Source: Magallana gigas
Taxonomy: Eukaryota
Assembly (NCBI RefSeq): GCF_963853765.1
Contig: NC_088855.1
Location: forward strand, 60,264,001-60,328,000
Reading direction: 5' to 3'
Length of the DNA: 64,000 nt
Positions 55,926 through 64,000 of the stretch are shown piece after piece. The translations under genes were made by a program, and so were the position numbers. The notes below the pieces were generated by a model. That model did not search any database. It was not told where the DNA came from and saw nothing but the letters and a program-made list of their open reading frames with translations. Each line of letters starts with the position of its first letter. The stretch's first letter is position 1.

Positions 55926-56962
55926 TATTGTAAACAGACTATATTTACGCCCAAACAAAAGCAGACGTAGACTTATGACCAAAATTTAGTCCGTCGTAAA
56001 CTTACGCCTCTTTATGAAACGCATTTTAGTCCCATTTCCGAACGTAGTCCAAGGATTACACCCAGACTAAGCTTACGCCTAGACGTAGGCCTCTTTATGA
56101 AACGAGCCCCAGGTATTTAAACAAACCATTTTTGTACGTTTTAACCACACGTGTTTGAATAGGTTTTCGGTAGTATGTTTTTCTTTTTGTTTATTTTATC
56201 AGGGTCTTTTCTGCCTTGTTTTGCTGTAAATTTCCCCGTCCCTACAGAACGTCAATACCTGTCAGGGAAGGAGGGTTCTTGGGTGCTGAAATATTTCCGG
56301 CTCCTGTATTTATGAGTAGCCGTTTCCATTTTCATGGGATAATTTATAGAGACCGCTGTTCTACAGTGAGTGAGTGAACTACGGCGGCCCTTTCGACACA
56401 TCTTTAAAACTACTTATGAATTTATACCTGAGGGTGATCCTCGCAGTTTTACCAATTTATAATCGTCAATGCAGATACGTGCTTTAACTTAACATTGTGA
56501 AAGTTTGATATTTATATAATTTGTGTCATTTGAAAACTTATATTCTGTTTATTGAGTTTATTGAAAGAAACCTCCAATCAGCGTGGACGAGGCCATGGGT
56601 TATTTACATTTCCAAGGAAAACTTTCGTCTAATGAAGCCTCGATAGACCCGTGCAGTATGTGAACTTTCTACATGTCCTTCAACTTAGTTCTGGTGGTTG
56701 CCGATATACTTAAACCTGACTGTAACCACGTGTTCACCTGAGGGTTCTTCAACACCACGTGCACCGGAACCGGGCTGACTAAATAGACTTGTTCCTTCAT
56801 TTCATTATTTAATTTGTATATTTTTTTTTGTTTGGTTTTTCTCGTTGAATTTTCTGTTTAATTTTATTTTATTTTGTTATTAAATATTTTGTTAAAAATT
56901 TCATACTTGTTCTGTTGATTTATGTAAGTTCATCAGGATGCATAATCACACATCCCCACAAA

Positions 56963-56980
56963 TGGTGGCAGCGGTGGGAT
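56963..56980 (+). other. Primer-binding site, tRNA-Leu type (18 nt)
   Basis: TGGTGGCAGCGGTGGGAT located 2 nt after the LTR end. Confidence 0.8.
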
Positions 56981-57085
56981 GCATCTGAGCTTGCATAAAT
57001 CAAAAGATTTTCTTGTGTTTGCATGTTAGAAATTTTGACTTCGATATTTCTTATTTTTGTATGTTTCAGTGCATAAACTTTCACA

Positions 57086-58729
57086 ATGTCACATATGTCG
57101 AAATGGATGACCGAGCTTATCGCGAAAGGGTCAAGCGTCAAGGACTGTTTAGAGGTGTGGCGTCAGGAGCAGGAGGCACTGAGAGCTGAGAGAGAGTCTG
57201 CTAGGGCTGAAAGAGAGGCAGTGAGGGCAGAGAGAGAAGCTGAGCGAGAACTTGAGAAAGTAAGGTTAGCTCATGAAAGAGAGGAGCGTCAAGCTAAGAG
57301 AGACAGAGATAAGTGGGAGGCTGAGAAAGAGATAACGTTGAAAGAGTTAGCTCTTAAAGAAAGAGAGTTAGAAACTGGTCCCTCCCCTCAGAGTGTTCAA
57401 ACTCCTAGTGTAAAGTTGCCCAAATTTGAAGAAGGTCAAGACCCTGATGTTTTTCTAAAATCATTTGAGAAAATAGCTGGCTTACAAAAGTGGGATAAAT
57501 CTCAATTGGCGGTTCGTTTAGTCCCCATGCTATCGGGTAAAGCTCTTGAGGCCTATTCTAGATTGTCGGATGAGGAAAGTGATAATTACGATGCTATTAA
57601 AACTGCTATTCTGAAAAGGTATGAATTGACTTCAGAGGCTTATCGGGATAAGTTTAGGAAGTGTAGACAGTTCAGTGATGAGTCATTTAAAGATTTTGTT
57701 GTTCGTGCAGAAAGGTTCTTTCACCATTGGTGTGATAGGGATGATATTGGGTCAGACTTTGAATTGTTGTTTGATTTGATTTTGAGAGAACAGGTGATAG
57801 GAAGTTGTTCAAATGATTTGCAATTGTGGGTTCGTGAGCATACTCCAAAGTGTATCAAAGATGTTATAACTTTGTCGGAGTCATTTCAGGTTGCACATAA
57901 AGGCAGTAATGCAGGTGGTGGACGAGGTAACGCAGGGGAAAAGCCGGGTCCCAGACCCAATAAGTTTGGTTCAGGTCAGTTCCAAAGGGGTAAGCATGTC
58001 TCGCCATCAGAGCAAAGTAAAACATGTAACAAGTGTAACCGGGTAGGACATATTGCGCCAAATTGTCCTTTGCGTAGTACATATCAGTCGAAACCTTCTT
58101 TTAATCAAAACCAAGGGAATCAAAAGTCGAAAGAGCGGTTTGGTTTGTGTCTTGATGAAAATATGATAGTTTCTGATCAGGGTGATGGTGTTCATGAGGA
58201 TAAGATGGTTGTTAAGTTGTCTGGCGTATCAGCTACTGATGAGTCTAGTCTTGAAACATGTTGTGAATCGGGTCTAGATTTGGTAAGTGGGGAAGTTGGT
58301 GAAAAAGTGGTCTCAGTTTTGAGGGACACTGGATGTTCCACTGTGTTTGTTAATAGTAAGTTGGTTTCAGATGATGAAAAAACGGGGAGAACAAAAGTAA
58401 TCACTTTGGCCGATGGTACAAGGAGAACTTGCAGTGAGGCGATAGTAAGTGTGAAAACGCCATACATTTCAGGTAAGGTGCACGCGCTATGTCTTGACTC
58501 ACCTTTTGCTGATGTAATTATTGGCAACAATGGAAGCATTGTAGTACCGAAAGAGGCAGCACCTTTGTCCATGATTGAGACTGCAGAAACAGTGGATGAA
58601 GAAGAATGTGGAGTTGTTCAAACTAGATCAGAGACAAGGAAACAGGAGGATGCAAAGAAACCAAAGTTGGATGATTTGAAAGAAGAGGACACAGAACACG
58701 AACTATGTGGTGTAATAGAGAGAAATTGA
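57086..58729 (+). CDS. Gmr1-type Gag (coiled coil, SCAN-related capsid, CCHC knuckle) plus aspartic protease
   Basis: KLPKFEEGQDPDVFLKSFE...LSGKALEAY...YELTSEAYRDKFR; CNKCNRVGHIAPNC; LRDTGCS. Ends by frameshift into the next ORF. Confidence 0.85.
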   Translation: MSHMSKWMTELIAKGSSVKDCLEVWRQEQEALRAERESARAEREAVRAEREAERELEKVRLAHEREERQAKRDRDKWEAEKEITLKELALKERELETGPSPQSVQTPSVKLPKFEEGQDPDVFLKSFEKIAGLQKWDKSQLAVRLVPMLSGKALEAYSRLSDEESDNYDAIKTAILKRYELTSEAYRDKFRKCRQFSDESFKDFVVRAERFFHHWCDRDDIGSDFELLFDLILREQVIGSCSNDLQLWVREHTPKCIKDVITLSESFQVAHKGSNAGGGRGNAGEKPGPRPNKFGSGQFQRGKHVSPSEQSKTCNKCNRVGHIAPNCPLRSTYQSKPSFNQNQGNQKSKERFGLCLDENMIVSDQGDGVHEDKMVVKLSGVSATDESSLETCCESGLDLVSGEVGEKVVSVLRDTGCSTVFVNSKLVSDDEKTGRTKVITLADGTRRTCSEAIVSVKTPYISGKVHALCLDSPFADVIIGNNGSIVVPKEAAPLSMIETAETVDEEECGVVQTRSETRKQEDAKKPKLDDLKEEDTEHELCGVIERN

Positions 58730-60990
58730 TCGAGCATCAGAAAACTGACGACAGCTTGAAATCGGTGTTAGAGATGGCCCAAAATGGTCCACATGAAGGA
58801 AAGTCTTATTTCATCTTGAAAAATGATTTACTGTATAGAGTTTTTGACTCAGACTCTGGCGAAAAGGTATTCCAGATTGTTGCTCCAAAGAAACTGCGCA
58901 GTAGTATTATGTCATTAGCTCACGACACGCCACTGGCTGGACATCTTGGAAACAAGAAAACAAGAGAAAGAATTATGAGAAACTTCTTTTGGCCAGGTAT
59001 GTATATAGATATATCTCGGTATTGTAAGTCATGCTGTATTTGTCAAAAGGGGACGCAAAAAGGAAGAACGCCAAAAGCGAAACTGGTGCAAATTCCAAAG
59101 ATCGACGTTCCATTTTCCAGAGTAGCGATTGATTTTGTCGGCCCATTACCGATGACAGAAAAGAAAAACAGGTAAATTCTGGTATGTATGGATTATGCCA
59201 CTCGATTTCCAGAGGCTTTTCCGATGAAAAATCAAGACGCAGAAAGTGTGGCAAATGCGCTGATAGAAATGTTCTCAAGGGTAGGTTTTCCTAAAGAAAT
59301 TTTATCAGATCAGGGAACAAATTTTATGTCATCTCTCATATCAGAACTGTGCAAAATGCTCAAGGTCCGTAAGCTGTCAACTACCCCTTATCATCCCCAA
59401 GCAAACGGGCTAGTAGAACGATTTAATGGGACTCTTAAACAGATGTTGAAAGCATATGCAGTTGTAGAGCCATTAAAATGGGATGTTCATTTACCATATG
59501 TACTTTTTGCCTATAGAGAGGTCCCGAATTAAACAACAGGTTTTACTCCATTTGAACTTCTTTATGCCAGACATGTCAGAGGCCCCCTGGACATCTTAAA
59601 GGAGCAGTGGGAAGAACCAACCGAGGAACAAACGTCAGTTTTAAGTTACCTGATGGAAACCAGAGAACGGATGGAGACAGTACGTAAAATGGTTACAGAT
59701 ATGGAATCTCTAGCAAAGAAGAATCAGAAAAGATACTATGATAAAAACGCCAGAAACAGAAATTTTGAAGTAGGTCAAAAAGTCTTAGTTTTGTTGCCTA
59801 CAAGCACTTCGAAACTATTGGCGCAGTGGAAAGGTCCGTATGAGGTGACACAAAAAGTAAGTCCTGTTGATTTCAAAGTGAGGTTGTCCAAAAGCAAAGA
59901 GACTGTTTACCATGTGGATATGCTGAAGGAATGGTTCGAGAGAGAGCCGGAGGAAAAAAGTAAGTCTGAAATTATGGCATGTTTGAATGTTATTTCTAGT
60001 TTAGCCAATGACGACGTTCAGATAGCAGACGACGTGGTGTCAGATAGAGTTCCGACCCTACGACAGACAGAATCAGCAACTGACGTACAGTATTCAACAA
60101 ACCTGACTGCAGAGCAAATGGATCGGATTCAGAGGTTAGTTGAAGAATTTGGTGATATTTTTACAGATGTCCCGAAGAGAACGAATTTGATGAAACATTC
60201 ATTGAAAACTTCTACGGAGGTGCCAATTCAGATGAAACCATATCCGATTCCCTATGCATTACAAGACAAAGTGAAGCGTGAGCTACAGCAAATGATGGAC
60301 CTTGGTATCATTGAGGAAACGGACAGTCCGTATTCAGCACCAGTTGTCCTCATAAAGAAGAAAGACAACTCGCTGAGATTCTTCGTTGACTTCCGGGAGT
60401 TGAATAAGATTACGGTATTTGATCCTAGACCAATGCCTAGAATAGATGCTATTTTGAATAAGATCAGCAAAGCTAAATTCATCAGCAAATTAGACCTCAC
60501 AAAAGGATATTGGCAAGTACCATTAGACGATGACGCTAAGCGTAAAAGTGCATTTGTAACTCCATTTGGACATTTCAGTTTTACAGTTATGCCATTCGGG
60601 ATGGTGAACGCACCGGCTACTTTTGTTAGACTGGTAAGCAAAGTTCTTACAGGGCTGGAGGATTTCACGGAGGCATTCATTGATGATATGGGTATCTATA
60701 GCAACACCTTGGAAGACCATCTTGAACATCTGAGAACAGTGTTTGAAGCCTTGAGAAAAGCAAACTTAGCAGCTCGACCGGCAAAATGTGAGTTTGGTTT
60801 TAATGAACTTTGTTTTCTTGGTCATACCATAGGGAGTGGGAAAATAAAACCGATGATGTCGAAAGTAGAAGCCATACAAAACTTTCCGATTCCAACTACA
60901 AAGAAAAAGGTAAAGTCTTTTCTAGGTATGATTGGGTTCTACCGGAAATTTATTCCAAACTTTGCCACAGTAGCACTTCCGCTTACAGAC
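58705..60990 (+). pseudogene. Disrupted pol: integrase (HHCC, rve core, GPY/F) followed by RT
   Basis: HDTPLAGHLG...CKSCCIC; IDFVGP; LSDQG; VERFN; WKGPYEV; SPYSAP...DFRELN...FIDD. In-frame TAA stops at 59173-59175 and 59530-59532; truncated at the Harbinger insertion. Confidence 0.88.
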
Positions 60991-61157
60991 CAGTACCCAA
61001 ATTTACTAAAGTTCGTAGACGTAGACGTAGACGTAACCTTAGACGTAGCGTACGTTTACGTCTAAAACGGTATTCACAAAATGACGTTGACGTAAAATTA
61101 CGTCATAATCGGACGTAAATCTACGTCTGCTCTATAGGTACGCGTATCTTATCAAAC

Positions 61158-62372
61158 ATGGCGGCGATTTTGTTTACACTTGCGAGAGAGAAGAGTCTGA
61201 GACGTCAGAGAGTTTTCCGGGACCGGACTGACCCCTTAGATGTCTTCTGCGACCGAGAACTGATTTGCCGTTATCGATTCCCGAGGTGGACCATCGTTGA
61301 TTTCATTCAGCAGGTGGACAGAAGACTTTCACGACCTACTAACAGGTCTCATCCTTTGCCTGTTTCATCTATGGTAAGTAATTTCGCTGATATTGAACCC
61401 GATGTATTTCTAGTTGCAGTATAATTTTCACCCAAGCATTTCACCCCCCCCCCCCCAAAAAAAAAATCCGAATATATACATTCATCACCATGATATTGAT
61501 ATGATAAAACACAATGTTAAACATGCTGTCTGGTTGATTAATTACTGACAAACAATGATTAGTGTCTTGTACAATTATCAATCATGACCCTTCTTCATCC
61601 AACAATTTACCAGGAATCCCAAGCATTTCACCCCCCCCCCCCCTTTTACAAAAAATCCGATATATATAAATAATCATCAGAATGACATTTATGTGATAAA
61701 ACACAATCTTGATGTTACACACACTTTTACTGATGAACAATGATCAGTGTCTTTTATGAATACCCATTATAACCCCCCCCCCTTTTGGGCATCAATTTTT
61801 TCACAACAGTATGCACAGACCCTCAAACGGAGGGATATTCTTGTTTTACGGGTGAAACTGTGTTAGGGGTTTTGAAACCTATTTTAAAAATATTATTTGA
61901 GATATTTCACATTAATTTTTCAACGAGAATATATTTGCAGATAAAGGATATTGGATGAATATATGAAATTTCATTGTTATTATCTGTAACATGTTGTAAT
62001 GCATTATTATAGACGACAAGGTTCAGTATAAAGGGGTACACAGTAGTTCCACATACGTGAACTTATTAACAGTTCACAGTTTTACTTCCTAACTTTTAGC
62101 GATATGCGTGAAGTCTTGAATACTTCTATCTGGACAATGTTGTGTAATTACATATAACAGGTATATTCAGTCCAACCTGAGCATATGCGACTGCACACAA
62201 ATGACAATGAAATTCCACCTACACGTATAATTCTTTCATTTATAAACACGCAGAAAATTAATTTATAATAAGATGTTTGTTATTTGGACCACAATGCAAA
62301 ATTCAGGACTTTTGATAATTGTTATTCCTTTGTGTCCTCATTAAAATTACACGGGGTATAGAAATTTACAGT

Positions 62373-62406
<34 letters not shown>

Positions 62407-63732
62407 CAACACTAGGCAGGATAAAATCGGCTTCGTTGAGTCACAATACAAAATATCTGGACGTGGTATAATACATGTAGATTCTATACAAAAAAATCTG
62501 TTTCCCCCTGGATATTCTTATATTTACCAGTATAATCAAGTCCCTTTTCTAACACGATTTTATAGTCGTGTCACATTCAGCATACATGTACATCAAATTC
62601 TGAACCCAATAATCATTCAGGGGCCAAAGTTTAAACAACTTTAAAATATATAAAAATGCTATATAAATAAATAAAAGCATATATAATAACATTTCAGTTT
62701 TTGTGAATAATTAATTTGTTTTCCTTTGTACAACTGAATCCCCTTTGTGGCCCCACACTACTCCTAAAGATTGTGATTTGAACAAATTTGAATCTACACT
62801 ATCTAATATTCTTTCACAAAATTTACAGCTTTTCTAGGCAACTCTTTTTTAAGAAAAAGATTTAAAGATAATCATTAATTGTCCAAACAACTATTCTATT
62901 GTAGACATTCTGTACCAAAGAAAATTCAAAAACATGTATCTATATTCATTGAAACTTTAATTTAAATTTGAATAAGCAATAACATTAACACACGAGAATT
63001 AATTTTTACAGGTTTTGGCAACTCTTCGAGTTCTGTCCAAAGGAGACTTTCAGTCTGAGGCTGCTGACATACATGGTATTTCTCAACCCTCATTCAGCAG
63101 AATGTTTATGGGAGTCGTTGATGCCCTGAATGCCAGCCTTGACAACATCATTTTTCCGATGGGGCAAGAGGAAATTCTTCGGACAAAGGAGGACTTTTTG
63201 AGGGTGGCAAACTTCCCCAACGTAGTTGGTGCCATTGATGGAACTCTGATTCCAATCATGGGAATGACTGGAGACGATGAGCATGTTTTTGTGTGCAGGA
63301 AAGGGTTTCATGCCATAAACATGCAGGGAATCGTGACCGCTGACCTGAGGTAAATAAAAAATTCTATTTTTAAGTGGACAATCAGTGAAATTACTATGTT
63401 GGGTCTATAAAACTATCAACATTTTTTTAATTGTTTCCTTATGACTGCATTTATATACCAACATCTCATTTCAGATTTACTAACATCGTTTGCAAGTATG
63501 GGGGTGCCACACATGATGCATACATACTTGCAAACTCGAGCATTCCCGAGATAATGGACCAGCTGCCAGGTGGAGGATGGCTTTTAGGGGACAGTGGCTA
63601 CCCCCTTCGTCCATGGCTAATGACTCCTTTCCTCACGCCCCAAGCAGGACAACAGGAGAAGTACAATGCCAGTCACATCAAGACAAGAAACTGCGTTGAG
63701 AGGGCTTTTGGTGTCCTTAAGTCCAGATTTCG
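61158..63732 (+). CDS. Harbinger DDE transposase, partial; exons 61158-61373, 63012-63349, 63475-63732
   Basis: RYRFPR, GAIDGT, HDA, LLGDSGYP and VERAFGVLKSRFR motifs; colinear with the 54047..55925 transposase. Confidence 0.88.
61431..61790. repeat. ~185-bp degenerate tandem duplication in transposase intron 1
   Basis: cccaagcatttcacccccc...aaaatccga...gataaaacacaat...aacaatgat[t/c]agtgtc occurs twice. Confidence 0.7.
62373..62900 (+). mobile_element. HINE-like insertion in transposase intron 1
   Basis: Head acaagaggcccatgggccacatcgctcacctgag resembles the 42565 head. The end is approximate. Confidence 0.5.
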
Positions 63733-64000
63733 GCAAGTATAAAAAAAATAGATTTCATTCAAATATTAGACTTGCAGAACAGACTCCAAACATAAAGCAT
63801 ATAAGCAAAATTTCTTACCTGGGTAACACTTCTCTTTTATCTTCTCTTTATTTCTTTAATTTAACTTTTTCCCGAGACTGCACTTCCAATGGGACAACAT
63901 CGCTCCCCCATCTGATAATGAGCTTACAATACAGAAAAGGAGAATTAGATACAGAACACCCAAATCATAAAATTATTTCAAATTCATTTTTTTATAAAAT

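Larger units (their letters stand above)
50605..56109. mobile_element. Apparently complete autonomous PIF/Harbinger DNA transposon (5505 bp)
   Basis: TIR gggctcgtatcataaagagg / cctctttatgaaacgagccc (19/20), CAG TSD (50602-50604, 56110-56112), subterminal ttagtccg/ttacgcc repeats, and two convergent genes. Confidence 0.92.
50475..60990 (+). mobile_element. Degenerate Gmr1-type Ty3/Gypsy retrotransposon (gag-PR-IN-RT order); 5' LTR 50475..50604 + 56113..56960 split by a Harbinger; 3' part cut off by a second Harbinger
   Basis: LTR ends tgtgggga (50475) / tccccaca (56960); PBS TGGTGGCAGCGGTGGGAT at 56963..56980; Gypsy-type RT motifs located downstream of integrase. Confidence 0.85.
60991..64000 (+). 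mobile_element. Second PIF/Harbinger transposon (different family), incomplete in window
   Basis: Abrupt switch from pol sequence to (GTAGAC)n/acgt-rich subterminal repeats at about 60991, with a transposase ATG at 61158. The right end is outside the window. Confidence 0.85.

Noticed and set aside
58705-61065. Ty1/copia assignment based on integrase preceding RT
   Set aside because: The RT motifs (SPYSAP, DFRELN, MPFG, IDD) and GPY/F integrase tail are Gypsy-type, consistent with Gmr1.

Overview
Eukaryotic, AT-rich, intron-containing genomic DNA. It is most likely a bivalve such as an oyster; this is inferred from Helentron/HINE-like and Cg170-like repeats and was not verified by search. Host genes reconstructed by hand from splice sites and frame: a single-coding-exon class A GPCR (+), PCLAF/PAF15 (-, 4 exons), a C1orf50/DUF2452 homolog (-, 5 exons) head-to-head with ERK/MAPK1 (+, 10 coding exons, 365 aa, TEY loop), and an uncharacterised ~372-aa type II membrane protein (+). 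Mobile DNA: an intact 4.6-kb Ty3/Gypsy element with identical LTRs inside ERK intron 4, a degenerate Gmr1-type (IN-before-RT) Gypsy element interrupted by two different PIF/Harbinger transposons (one apparently complete, with intron-containing transposase and Myb/SANT genes), LINE fragments and many MITE/HINE elements. The most unusual structure is in ERK. It has two U12-type (minor) introns, and the exon bordering each has its opposite, U2-type splice site amplified into a tandem array: 15 donors at 53-bp spacing after exon 4 and ~30 acceptor cassettes of ~42 bp before exon 6. The decoy sites I traced lead to premature stops. All calls are manual; no database searches were run.
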